NCBI GenBank assembly: GCA_951406725.2
Contig: OX597814.1
Coordinates: forward strand, 32,116,001 to 32,180,000
Direction: 5' to 3'
DNA from: Octopus vulgaris
Taxonomy: Eukaryota
Length of the DNA: 64,000 bases
The translations under genes were made by a program, and so were the position numbers. The notes below the pieces were generated by a model, which saw nothing but the letters and a program-made list of their open reading frames with translations, was not told where the DNA came from and did no database searches. Positions 11,951-26,610 of the stretch are shown one piece after another. Position 1 is the first letter of the stretch, and each line of letters starts with the position of its first letter.

Positions 11951-13790
11951 ACATCAACAACAACCACGAAAAAGAGAGTAGCTGCAGCAGCAGTAGCGAT
12001 AGCAACAACAACAACAACAACAGCGTGAGCAATCGGGACAACAGCAGCAACAGCCGTTCAAGAATTTGGACCTGGAGATCTCCATTTCCAGCGACTTCGA
12101 GGACCACCTCCCAGTGGTGTCGGGCGTCAACGAAGAGCCCTCGACTACAACAAGACGGTCAAAGTTTTTTTTTTTTCCAAGGTCTGGGGTCTCCCGTCCC
12201 TAAGCCCTAGACCACCACCTAATCACCCTTACCCGTCTTGTTGCTTAACAACAACAACAACAACAGCAGCAACAGCAGCAACAACAAAGCCAATACCAAC
12301 AACATCGACAAGAACAATGACAACAACAACAGCGGCAGCAACAGCAGTAGCAACAATAACAACAACAACGACAGCAGAACCAATGACAAACGTTAGTTCG
12401 CAACAGCAGCAGCGAAGAGCAAACAGCGCATTACCCTGGATCTCAGAAATAGGGACCAGATGCTAACATAAGGATGGAAATTAAGAGAACAACAGAAAAC
12501 TTGAGCTAATCTAGTTGTTACGTTAGAGGCAAATGAAGCAGTGGAAAGAAGAACAGTGCTTTTCATAAATATCTCAACGGACACGAAAAGAGCGGCTTTA
12601 AAAGCCCAAGTGGATATTGAGGCCAAGCTGAGGTGCATCAGAAATGACATTGAATACATAGCGAGAGGCAAATACTGCGGCACCATTTCGGTGCTGCTTA
12701 AGTCAGAAGCCCTCACTATGAAACATACATTCAATGACCCCTTGCAAAACAAGAAAGGTCATTACGTACCCCTCCCACATGAGGAAACGTTCAACTCGTG
12801 TATATATTCCTAGAATCCAAACCAGAACTAGACTTTGGTGGATTCTGGGATGTGTAATCGTGGAGGAGATGGATATTGTCCCGATAGAGGCGACAAGAAA
12901 TGCCAGGGAGAAATGGTCCAGGGATTGATATGGAGATACTTCGCCAGATCAGACCCGAAAACAAAAAGAATTCCACACAACATCCGTCTCCAAAACGGGA
13001 TGGGGATACACATCATAACTGACGGTAAAAGGCCGCATTGTTTCGAGCTTACTACTACCAGCTGGTACAAAGTGCAAGGGGTCAAAGGTTTCTACTACTG
13101 CCTACGCCGGGATCGGAACCACAGAAAATACCAGCACCGGCAAAACCACCAGCAAGAACACCAAAGACATTAACCATCCTAGGGGGAAATAAGGAAAGCT
13201 CTCCTGCCTCTCTCACATCAAACAAAAATACATATATAAAGAGGATTATAAACATACACTCCACACAGACACAGACACACAGCAACAGACGCTTCATCTT
13301 CCAATAGTGAAGATGAAGGAAAACCAAAAGGTCCAAGAAAAAATTTTTAAAGCTGAAAGCAGAAACGAACAACTCCACAAAGCATAACAATACTCAGAAT
13401 AAAAAATACAAACACTAGTCACGCAAACATCTCCCCCAAAACACCAACACCCAACAAAACCACCACTATCTCACTATCACCAGAATCCACCGAACGCAAA
13501 CAACCTAAATAAAGAAGAACAAAAAATTCACACTAATATCTAAAACTTTCACCACATTCACAGCATACTCAGACACAACAGAAGCAAAAACAAGACTATC
13601 GTGATCACAGTCAAGCAAACAAATTAAACAAGACCAAAGCACAAAACAAAAACCAACCAACTTCGTACTCATCAGAAGGAACAACAAGGAACTGATGGCC
13701 CTCGTAACGCAAAACACGGAATTTAAGAACAACAGAAAGAGGGACCACATGTTCTTGGTTGTCAAGATGATATTCGAACAGTGTTGCTCC
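11600..13790 (+). mobile_element. Decayed L1/Tx1-like ORF1 region with microsatellite expansions
   Basis: Broken frames: IEYIARGKYCGTISVLLKSE; RKRSTRVYIPRI; IPHNIRLQNGMGIHIITDGKRPHCF resembles the lead-in to a Tx1 ORF1 zinc knuckle. A-rich sense strand. Boundaries approximate. Confidence 0.5.
11628..11669. repeat. Perfect 18-bp hairpin with 6-nt loop
   Basis: tcaagacacgtaccgcca acaaga tggcggtacgtgtcttga. Confidence 0.97.
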
Positions 13791-14266
13791 TTATTAGGTA
13801 CAGGTACTGCACAAGAATAGTTGATTCAGTGATTTATTCGTGTACTTAAAATTTACGCATAATTTCCATCGAATTTTTCGCCCACGTTTTCTTCCTCACC
13901 GGATCTTATGTAAACCACAAAACTATTGTATAGTGTCTTTATAATAGCCACTTCATCCGATAAAAATACAGAAAAAAAAATTGCGGTTAAGAAGGTGATG
14001 ATGATGACAAACGATGACGACGGTGGTTCTGGTGGTCTAGGTTTTGGTGGTCTCGATTGTGGAGGTGGTGGTGGAGGATGAGGTATTAGTGGAGGTGCAG
14101 GTGGCGTTCGAAATGCCGGAAATGCTGTCGTTAAACCCTCGTTATATACACAAGGCGTTATCTCCCTAAAGGTTATTACTAAAGACAAGCAGCTAAACCA
14201 TAGTTATACATGCATTATAGCAAAACAGTCTGATCCCCGACTAATGATAATGATGAAATATGAAAC

Positions 14267-14322
<56 letters not shown>

Positions 14323-14415
14323 ATGTATGTATATAAGTATATATATTTATATGTGTATGTACGTATGTATGTGTGTATGCATGTATGTATGTATGCGTTT
14401 GTGTGTATGTATATA

Positions 14416-14468
<53 letters not shown>

Positions 14469-14976
14469 TAGTAATATGTACTTGCTATATGAGTAATCTT
14501 ATGCACACCAACACTGGCGCACATGCACTGGCACACACACAAACACACGAGCACTCACAAACATACACATTTAAGCATACACATACATACACATATGTGG
14601 ATGTGTGCGTATGTGCCTGTGTGTGTGTGTGTGTGTGTGTGTGTATAAATGTTTAAGTATATTTGTCTGTATGTACCTTGCTATTCACTTTAAAAGTCAA
14701 ATTATAATCTCATAAATAATCTTCTGAATAATTCTCACAGAGTCCTTACACTTTCCGCTCTTTCCTCTTTAGCAGTTCTTCAAGGTAACGAGTTATTTAT
14801 TGTTTTGATTTTTAGCTTCAATAATACTTTTACGTCTGTTGCTAAGCCTTTCCTTCCCTTCTTGTCAAAACGTCTTCAGAATATATATGGGAAAATATTA
14901 AACGCATTTGGGTCATATTTATCTACACATATGACCCAAATATATATTAAACCTCGCTAAGATAAATATTTCAATT

Positions 14977-15047
14977 AACCTGAAGATTGACTGTAACCAT
15001 AACTCGAATTATTACGAATTTTACAGCCATGAAACGATCGTAGTGTT
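14977..15047 (+). ncRNA. Type I hammerhead ribozyme motif with palindromic stem III
   Basis: aac CTGAAGA t tgactgtaa...ttacagcca t GAAA cgatcg TA gtgtt. Stem II pairs 8/9 bp; stem I is weak. Confidence 0.7.
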
Positions 15048-15197
15048 TTACTCTTTATCTTTTATTAAACTTTTAATACTTTTGATATATATTTAAAATA
15101 ATATAAATTAATTAATTTTATGTATTGGCTTATGTTTTTCATTGTTTGATTTGCCTAATAGTGGTTTTATCTCTAATTTAATATAATATATATATAT

Positions 15198-15840
15198 TAG
15201 AGGGTTTGGTATCCAGGAGGCCAAAAATGCAGTTAAGGCTGAGTAAGTGCTACAAAAGAACCGCTGTTAGACTCCCGGTTCGATAATAGTGTGAGTGATG
15301 AGTCTAACGCAAATGTCGTGTGCGAGCGTGTATATGTTAAATGCAATGAGAAAGGCAAAACCAAGGAAGTGTGAAATTTCTATGACATTTATAAAAAGAA
15401 AGCTAGTCTTACAGCTGTTTCAGTGATATAAAAGATATCCCATCATCACAGATGATATGAGAGAGTTAAATAGAAGCAAATAGTAGAGTTAAATATAAGA
15501 TGTTATTTTGGAAAGGTAGAGATATAGGAAGTGTAAAGTGGAATATGAGAATAAAGATAAAAATATATGCGGGATGCTACAGTTGCAGTTCCATTATCCA
15601 AAGAAAGTGTTTTGTAGAATGGATAGAGGCTTCTTTCCATAGTGTGCAATTCCGATGGGATTTAATAGCACTCCTAAGAAGTGATTAATAAGTATATATT
15701 GTCCATGATGAGGCTTCTGGTTCCACTGCTCCTAAATTGATAAGTCACTTCCAAGAAGAACAGCTGAAGAGAAAAGGGCAGAAAGTATAAAAATTGTTTA
15801 GAAGATTATTTATTAGATTATAATTTGAATTTTAAATTGG
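15198..15840 (-). mobile_element. Probable PLE pLTR/3' remnant inserted next to (TA)n
   Basis: Contains the HHR-like motif at 15407-15452 and starts at a (TA)n tract. Boundaries approximate. Confidence 0.45.
15407..15452 (-). ncRNA. Degenerate hammerhead ribozyme motif (C3->G)
   Basis: Minus strand: tct gTGATGA tgg gatat ctttt atatc act GAAA cagctg TA aga. Confidence 0.55.
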
Positions 15841-15901
15841 ATAGAAAGGCACATGCAGACAAATATACTTAAACATTTACTCACACGCATACACACACAC
15901 A

Positions 15902-15942
<41 letters not shown>

Positions 15943-16100
15943 ACACATATGGAATTAATATCTGCACACTCTCCATTTCTAATAACAAAATATGAACTCC
16001 TATCGGAATTTACATATCATGGACATGAAATCACTTTACACATTCTACATACCACATTCCTTGGATAATGGTACTGCAACTGTAACATCGCACATATATA

Positions 16101-16500
16101 TTCTTTACTATTTTACTTGTTTCAGTCATTTGACTGCGGCCATGCTGGAGCACCGCCTTTTAATCGAGCAAATCGACCCCGGGACTTATTCTTTTGTAAG
16201 CCCAGTACTTATTCTATCGGTCTATTTTGCCGAACCGCTAAGTAACGGGGACATAAACACACCAGCATCGGTTGTCAAGCAATGCTAGGGGGACAAACAC
16301 AGACACACAAACACACGCACGCATATATATATGTACATATATACGACGGGCTTCTTTCAGTTTCCGTCTATCAAATCCACTCACAAGGCTTTGGTCGGCC
16401 CGAGGCTATAGTAGAAGACACTTGCCCAAGGTGCCACGCAGTGGGACTGAACCCGGAACCATGTGGTTGGTAAACAAGCTACTTACCACACAGCCACTCC
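16101..16500 (-). mobile_element. SINE family A, full length
   Basis: Near-identical to 8447-8848. Confidence 0.95.
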
Positions 16501-17579
16501 TTTATTCTAATATTTCCCTTTATACTTCCTATATCTCTATCTTTCTAAAATAACGTGCCAGTCTGAGACGAGGGAGCAGTGGAATGCCTTGCGGTTTAAG
16601 TTTCGGCTCTGTCCTAAAGAATATAAATCGTGCCTCGTGCCACCAAAAAGAGCGGGTCAATCAAATCCTCCAAGCGGAAGCAGAGTTAAACTTCGTATGT
16701 TTTTAAGCAAGTACGTAGATATATATCAGCTGATCACTCTTAATTGAAGCATACCAACCCAAGGGAGAGAATGTAACGACAGTTCAAGTCTTGAGCACTC
16801 ACCGTCAAGAATAACAACATTCATATAAAAATATGTCTTAAATTACATGTGCACAGTATGTGTGTGAGTATGTGCATCTCCATATCTGTGCTGGCTAAAA
16901 TCGCTTATTTTTTAAGAGTTCTTGATTCGTATCACGTAACCTGATAGATAGTCAAATAACATCAATATTTTCATCGATTTCGTACTGAAGTTGATATGAT
17001 CCCTGAAATCCTAATGGGTGGTGAGGCAGCAAGGCAGATGACCTATATACAAAAAAATATATATATATAATGCATATGGAAGACAAAATTACAAATAGAA
17101 TAGTTCCATTCCTGGAGATATCGTGTTCATTCCTCTCTACCCATATATATGCTCACTACCTCTCACAGCTCAAGCAACAAAAGACAAAAGTACATACAGA
17201 CATACATGCATACAATCATGTGTATATAGTTACATACATATACACATAAATAATACATACACATACGCCTAATTTTATATATATGTATATATGTGTGGTT
17301 TTTGCGTACATAAATATGCATACACACACATATGTATATATGTGTGTATGTGTATGTATGTGTGTATGTATGTGTGCGTGTGTGTGCGTGTATGTGTATA
17401 TTTATATACATATAAACATCTATATAAACATTCATATAACTAGTTACATGAATATGTATATATATATATAATATAAATTAATATATATATATAAATGTAT
17501 ACATAAAATATGCTTATGCGTGTACATAGATATATGTATGTATGCATATATACATACACATATACTGCATATTTCCGTG

Positions 17580-17615
<36 letters not shown>

Positions 17616-17802
17616 GCGTATATATATATATATATATATATAGAGTGATGTACAATCAATCACATAATGTACTCTGCTGTAATAGAGTAGAGAGAAGAAA
17701 ATAATACGTGGGTGATTGATTAAAAGATGAATATTTAATAACAGTTTATCGTAAAGTATAATTTTAGTTATATATATATGCGTGTGTGTATGTGTATACA
17801 TA

Positions 17803-17858
<56 letters not shown>

Positions 17859-18825
17859 CATATTTTATGACATTTTTATGCATATGTATATATATATATA
17901 TATAATACTATATTTACAAATATATAATTATACATGTATAGTTATCATCCTTGTACCACATGAGATATATATATATATAGACGCATACATGAACATATAT
18001 TCATACATATAAATCTTCATATTAATGCGTGTGTCAGTGCGTTTAAATTAAATTAGAACCCTACACATTGCACGTTTTATGCATTTTATATCATTGAGCA
18101 CACATAATTGATTGTATACCTTTTGCAACAGATATTTCGTTACGTATCAATTTGCCATTTTCAAGGCTCAAATTATTAATATATCCCAATAGGCATTTTT
18201 ATATCGAAATAGGACTTTAAAAACTGTACACAATTTAACATGGAAGACGAGTGATATATATTTTGAAAGATTCTACGACGTACCTTCTTGTATTATTTTA
18301 TGTTGTTTTTCAAATATGAAATTCTGTTTAGTGAGGTGAGTGTAAATTTGAAGCACATAACTACGGGTACCAAAGCTAGATGAAATTGTCACTCTAATGA
18401 AAAAAGTGTCGCTGGCCAAAGCATAGTTATCGAATCTCTAGTTGAGGGTATGTCATGAGTAATTTACCCAGTGAGCTTATGAAGTACATCTAATTTTGCC
18501 TAAAGATTATTAGTGTTTTGTTTTTCTTTCAAATTTTGCGATGTGTATTGTTATGGAGAATTAAAAGGTGTTAGCTGCATACAATATGATAGTGGTTAGT
18601 AAACATAAAAGTTTACAAATAAGTTGACTATACGTTCTAGTAACTTCAAGTATATACAAATTATTTTGCGTATATGATTAAAGATCCAGCAAGAAATTTG
18701 ACTAACACAAACATTCCAGTTTCATCCCATTAGGAAAAAGATTATTGAGTTACTTTTTTCACGACCTTTCTATTCGTTCTGATACCTTATGCAGAGCATC
18801 CTTATTTACAAATACAAATACATAC

Positions 18826-19214
18826 TCTTACTCTTTACTCCTTTACTTGTTTCAGTCATTTGACTGCGGCCATGCTGGAGCACTGCCTTTAGTCGAGCAA
18901 CTCGACCCCGGTACTTATTCTTTTTGTAAGCCCAGTACTTATTATATCGTTCTCTTTTTGCCGAACCGCTAAGTGACGGGGACGTCAACACACCAGCATC
19001 GGTTGTCAAGCAATGCTAGGGGAACAAACACAGACACACAAACACACACAAATACACACACACATATATATATCTACCAAATCCACTCACAAGGCATTGG
19101 TCGGCCCGGGGCTATAGCAGAAGACACTTGCCCAAGATGCCACGCAGTGGGACTGAACCCGGAACGATGTGGTTGGTTAGCAAGCTGCTTACCACACAGC
19201 CACTCCTGCGCCTA
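18826..19214 (-). mobile_element. SINE family A, full length
   Basis: Same body; (tactctt)n tail. Confidence 0.95.
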
Positions 19215-19539
19215 TATGATATATTTCCGACATCTTTCTTTTATCTATCTTCTTCCCATGCCTTTACAGCTGTACTTTCTAAATCATGAACGTTCGTATA
19301 ATTCTTAGTTTAATAATTTTAGTTAACCCACTAAATCTAAGTTTTCCTTAATATGTTAAGTTTAAGTTTTCCTTAACATCTTAAGCAACCATATTAAGTT
19401 TTCCTTAACATGGTTGCTTCTGTTTGCACATCTACTCAAAAGCGTTTTGGCTTTTACATCACCTCAGCTCACTTACTTCATTCAGAAACTACCATAATCT
19501 TTTTTCCACTACTATGTTTATTTGTTTCTTTCACCGTTT

Positions 19540-19965
19540 ATCTTTTATTTGTTTCAGATACTGGAATGCGATCATGCTGTGGAACCGCATAGAAGAAGTG
19601 AAGAACATTACTCAAACATATCGACCCCGGTACTCCTTCATTTTTGTATGATACTTATTCTCCCAGTTTCTTTTCACGGTCTTAAACACTCCATCTTAAA
19701 CATTCCATCTCCATCTCACGGTCATAAACACTCCATCTCCGGTTGTCTAGGGGTGATGGAGGTCACACATACATACATACACACGATCACACAAACACTG
19801 ACACTCTCTCACACATATATATATAGGGGCTGGTAGACTACACAGGAAGGGCTTCTTGGTCCACCCTAGTCTGTATAAAAAGGCAATGGCACTAGTTGGC
19901 ACGCAGAAGGCCTCAATCCAGAATCATATTGTTGGGAAGCAAACTTCTTACTATACAGCCACGTT
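19540..19965 (-). mobile_element. SINE family A, old and degenerate
   Basis: tgtttcag..catgct..tcgaccccggtact..gttgggaagcaaacttcttactatacagcc. Confidence 0.6.
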
Positions 19966-20284
19966 TGTTCCTTTCTTCCCAACGTATATTATCATTTTTT
20001 ATTATTACTATTACTTACTGCTCATGTAATACGTTACAATTTTGATATGAACTGAATGAAAACTATCATATCAGGAACATCTCTATTTCTACTATTTATT
20101 TCTGACACGCCTTGCAAAATATTCTTTCGGCGCAGCTTATATCTTCAACTAACCTACTGAAGTATATTTTCAACTCGTTCTATTTCAAATTCCTGTACAA
20201 AAATGTGCACTGTGAGCTGGCAAATGGTATGAGTAACTTCTGACAAGATACGTACAAATGTGCGTGTTTATTTATACATACATA

Positions 20285-20376
<92 letters not shown>

Positions 20377-20553
20377 GTATATACATATATATGTATGCAT
20401 GTACGTATATGTGTGTGCATGTATGTATACATACTTGTGTGTACCTAGGTATCTTTCTACAAATCTATCTATCAATGTATCTACTTATATCTCTCTTTAT
20501 CTCTCTTTCCATCTCTCTCTCTTTATATATATATATGTATATATGTATATGTA

Positions 20554-20615
<62 letters not shown>

Positions 20616-20722
20616 CCTATGTAGTTGCACACATGTGCAGACATATTCAAGCGCATGGTAAGCAAACGCTAAATGGTGATAACGATGATGCGCATATAAT
20701 AAATTTAATTCATTATATACAC

Positions 20723-20772
<50 letters not shown>

Positions 20773-21004
20773 GAATGGTTATATGTATGATTGTGGGCAT
20801 GTGTGCGTTATATATACGCAAAATTTAATACCCATATGTGAAGGTAAACATATACAACAAGACCCTGCATTGAATCTGGCAGTTGAAGTTAATAGAAGAA
20901 AGTAAATAAGATAGAATGATTGATTAAGTGATTAATATTTAATAATGATTCATCGTAAAGTATCACCCTACGTATGTATTATCTATGTATAGAAGTTTAT
21001 ATAC

Positions 21005-21041
<37 letters not shown>

Positions 21042-21382
21042 TATACCACACAGTTATGCACACGCGTGTGTGTTTGTAAGTGTGGTTAGGAATAATGAAT
21101 TTCTTGCAGGCAAATGATATTAGATTTATTGCAATACTGACTTCATTCGCCCAGACAGGCACGCGTACACACGTTTACATGTGTGAGCATATGTGTCTGT
21201 GAATGAATAAATAAATAGATTAGTAAGTAAATTAAGAAAAAAAAATAGAATTGTGTCCATTGCTTTGTATAGAAAAATAGTTACTTACATAGTTCAGGAG
21301 TAAAGATGCTCTCTAAATGAAGAAAACTCAGGGTGACAGCATAACACAAGAAACTGAATGAATAATTTGACCTTCCTTACAA

Positions 21383-21459
<77 letters not shown>

Positions 21460-21519
21460 GGGATAGATAGACAGATACACAGACAGACAGACAGACAGAC
21501 AGAAAGACAGACACCAGAA

Positions 21520-21602
<83 letters not shown>

Positions 21603-21628
21603 CAGATAGATAGATAGATAGATAGAGA
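21383..21628. repeat. (GATA)n/(GACA)n tetranucleotide array
   Basis: Read directly. Confidence 0.97.
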
Positions 21629-23162
21629 TAGGTGAGTATGTCGCTGTATGAGTGCGTGTATACGTGTGTGCGTGTGTGTTACATGGACACTCACCTGCAC
21701 ATATGAATATATACAGTGGTTTCAAATTTTGGCATATGGCGACCAATTTCGAGGGCAGGATTAAGTCGATTGCATCAACCCCAGTGCTCAATTTTATCAA
21801 CTTCGAAAGGATGAAAGGCACATATGATCTCAGTGGGACCCCATACACATGCTGGCTTCCGGTATGCGGAGTTCCCGACTGGTAGCACTTGCATGTGAAA
21901 GTTGATGCAAGACATCTAGTTCACAGCCTTTAATTGCCATTCATTGCCATTCGAAATATAACATTTTACTTAAATTATCATTCATTGCAATTCGAAATAT
22001 AATATTTTACTGAAAATTTTTTATATAAGTATTCCATATATATCATTTTTATCGCAATAACGGCAGTTACTAAACTCAAGTTCACCTTCGAATGCCAAAA
22101 TATTCATTCCGTTTCCTGTGTTATGCTCTCACTCTGAGTTTTCTTCATTTAGCGATTATTTTTACTACTGAACTACGTAAGTAGCTATTTCTTATATAAA
22201 GCAATGAACACGATTCTTTTTTTTTTTATTATTTACTTAGTAATCTGTATTTAATCATTCATTCATTTATTTAGAATTTAAACTGCATGATTAGTTGTAA
22301 ATCTATAGTTCACACTTATACTGTCAAATTTTTTGAAATATGGATTTAGTCTCACACTTTCTCCATCGATCAAACCTATATTATAAATTCGGTGGTAGGT
22401 TTTCCACATTAATTCTGGAGAAATATCAAACGACTGAAACAAAATCATTGTGCCAATATATGTACCGATGTGGATGCGCCTGCAAATATGTGTTTTGTTT
22501 ATGTAAAATCAAACGTAAAAATAATCAAATACTAACTGCAGGAGCAGTAAACAAATTGCACTATTGCATTAATTTTCCGAAGGAAGATATTAAACATTAA
22601 CTCCGAAAATTCTATGGTTCTTGACTTTATCAGGCTGTGAAATCTCGTCTAGGATACCGTGTGGGTAGAATATGAACAAGGCTATGGTGTCGTTGCTTGC
22701 AAAGCAATGGTATATGCAGCAAAGTAACCTTAAATTAGAAGATGTAAATTATTGGAACTAGAATTACAAAAACATTAAGTTAATAATGGCCAGGAAAGTA
22801 TTTACTTCAAATTATATATGTTCGATAAATGAAAATAATTCATGAAAGGTCCTCGATGTTTAGCGCACGTATAGGTTAATGTTCTTGAAGGGGTCCGAAT
22901 ATTTGTAGATTTACAGAACGTAAAGCTTCAGTTCTGGTACTTCAAATGTTCAGAGAAAAGAAATACAATTCAAGTTCACCGTTTTCACGGGTAATTAAAA
23001 TCTCAGTTTGGCTGAAGCAGATGTAAACCAATTCTTATGCACTGTGGCATTCGTGCAGCTGCAAATATTACAGAAGTAGCTGTTTCAATTGAATTTTCGA
23101 TTCAGAGATATTGCAAGTTTGATAGTTACCACTTCGTTAAAATCTAGCGTTCCGAGACATTA

Positions 23163-23303
23163 TCTATATATATAAAACTGAGAATGTCTGTGTGTCTGTC
23201 TGGCTGTGAGTCGGTATTTGTGCAACACTAAAACTCGAAAACTACCCAACCGATTTCATTCAAATTTTACACATGCCTTACTTAGGGTCCATGCGGTGGA
23301 CCA
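23163..23303 (+). mobile_element. Helitron-like 5' fragment
   Basis: A|TCtatatatataaaa..tgtctgtgtgtctgtc..aaccgattt..aaattttacaca resembles the 5' half of 50949-51317. Confidence 0.55.
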
Positions 23304-23411
23304 ACATATATATATATATATATATGTAGGTCCCGGGTTGATTCGGGGTTAACCACAGTAAGTAAGGTACTCAATACATAGCAGAGTAAAATTAATTTAT
23401 TATATAGAAGG

Positions 23412-23462
23412 AGCTTCTACAGGACTAGTACTGTTTCATTCAAGAGAAATCTTCAGGAAGCT
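23412..23462 (-). ncRNA. Minimal type I hammerhead ribozyme
   Basis: Reverse complement of 30059-30109. Confidence 0.85.
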
Positions 23463-23839
23463 ATTTAACAAGAATTGTATTAGCATTTATACATTTAGGC
23501 AGGTTTAAAGGAGTGGTGGTGGGGGACTTTTTGGGGGTAGGCATAGCGCAAAATATCATACTTGGGGGAGTGGTCAAGGAGTCAGTGGTAAGTTAGATGA
23601 AAGAATAGATAAATAAAAAATAAAAAAAAAAATAATAAAAAAAAAAAAAAAAAAAAAAATAAAAATATATATAAAAAAAATATATATAAAAATATATATA
23701 TAAAAATATATATATATATAAAAAAGGGGGGATAGAGTTATAGGTAAATAAGGAGATTCTCACTTATACCTATACACACATGTATACGTATCTACACACA
23801 CATACATACATACACATATATATACACACACATATACAT

Positions 23840-23884
<45 letters not shown>

Positions 23885-25298
23885 CACACATACATACATA
23901 TCTACATACACACATACATACACCCGCCCACATATACAAATTTATACACATGCACATGCCTATACCTGTCTACACATACACACACGTATATATGCATACA
24001 CTCACTCCCATGCATGCACGCATACACACATGTATATATATATATATACCCACGACCACACATACATATATACACATAAAAATATATATTCATACGCACA
24101 TACACTCATGCACACACAACACACCTAGTTCCCTATATACACATATTTACACCTATATATACATACACCCACATACACCTATGTACACATATATATATAT
24201 AAACATATACACGCATACATATATATACATGTGTGCACATACATACATACACACATATATACATACACATACACATACACATGTGTACCTATACATACCT
24301 ACACATACACACATACATACATACAAATATACATATACATATATATATATACAATCCAATACAGGCCCATTCCCTAATTTTAATTTTATTATCTTCATTT
24401 ATTACTTTTGTTATCTTTGATCGCTAGAGCTAAGAATCCTGGCAATGGCTGCATGTCCATTTGTCTGTCTACTAGAAGGCAAGTACTCATTCCCGCACGC
24501 ACACTCATTAGCACGTACATTCACCCATTCGTACACTCATACACATACATGTACGCACGCGTTATATTCATACATACAAACATCTACATACGTTCACGTA
24601 TATACACATACGTACTCGTACCTACAGATTCGTGTCTACACTTTAGGAGGCTAGTCTATACATATACACCAATAAATATACATATATATATATATACCCG
24701 CATATACATACACACACACACATATATACTCCTACATACAGATACATACCTATATATATATATATACACACACATATATATATACATATATATATATATA
24801 CATACACATACATACACATACACACATACATATACACACACATACATACACATATATATACATACACAAACATATATACACACATATATATACATACACA
24901 CATACACACATACATACGTATACATACATACATACATCCATACATCCATACTTACATGCATTTATACGCATACACACACCCATCTATATATATGTATATA
25001 TATATATATATATATACACACTCACACATACATATACAAATCTACGCACACACATACATACATACACGTATACGCATACACGCACATACACATATACATG
25101 CGTACCCATACACGTGCACACACGCACGCGCATCCATATATATACACACACACACATATATATACACGTGTGCAAGCATACATACATACTCATACGCGCA
25201 CACATACTTACATATACATATATGCACACACTTACACACATATATATACATACACATATACATGCATACATACATATATGCATACATACACACACGCA

Positions 25299-25352
<54 letters not shown>

Positions 25353-25387
25353 TATACATATATACACATACATATACATACACACAT

Positions 25388-25436
<49 letters not shown>

Positions 25437-25642
25437 TACATATATACACATATACATACATATACATACACACACACATACATATATACATATACACTGA
25501 TACACATACCCATACATACACATGCATATACTTATATCACTATTATACTCACATATATAAACATATATACATATACACACATACATATATACATGTACAT
25601 ACACATACGTATGCATATATATATATATACATATATATACAC

Positions 25643-25681
<39 letters not shown>

Positions 25682-25935
25682 TACATATACACAAATACAT
25701 GTATACATACGCAAAAATGATACACATATATATACACATACACACACACAGACAGATGCATATACATACATATATATATATAAACTACATATCTATATAA
25801 ATACATACATAATACACATATACACACACATATATATACATTCATGCATATACATATACAAGTATACATACACATACATACACACACACACGCACACACA
25901 TACATATACACACACACATATACAAATACATACAT

Positions 25936-25966
<31 letters not shown>

Positions 25967-26000
25967 CATACATGTACACATATACATATGTATATATATA

Positions 26001-26222
26001 TCAACAAGGGAGGGTAAAGTTAATTAGTTATTAATCAATTTCATCAAGTGTTCAGTATGTAAAGGGACCATTATTATTTTGAGTAAACAATGTTAGAGGG
26101 AAAAAAATTCTCTAAGTAGTGGAAGAGGCTAAAAAACTTTATTGGCTGCTATTTCTAGAAAGTTTAGTATGTGGCAAAGTAATTTATTTTATTTTCTAAG
26201 CCCTAATTATATAATATTTTAT
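26001..26222. mobile_element. Mini element of the 2173-3307 family nested in the left palindrome arm (mirror at ~27293-27516)
   Basis: agggtaaa..caagtgttcagtatgtaaagggaccatt joined to ttttgagtaaa..ttggctgctatttcta..ccctaattatataa. Confidence 0.75.
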
Positions 26223-26334
26223 ACATACATACACATACATAAGCACATACATTTACACATACATATGCATATACATATATACACATATACATACAAACAC
26301 ATATACACATATACACACACACACACATACAAGC

Positions 26335-26381
<47 letters not shown>

Positions 26382-26610
26382 AATATATATACATATATAT
26401 TTTTACATGCATACATACACACACACACACATAATACATGCGTATATTCCTACTGTACCCATGCATTTCTATACATATATACATACATACGATACACATA
26501 TACAAGCGTGCACATATAATATGTGAAAGGTCTTAGGAGAAAAGGTAATCGGGGGTGCTAGGGGAACAGTGGGGTTGGGGGGGGTTGTAGGGGGGTTGTG
26601 GGGGTTGTCA

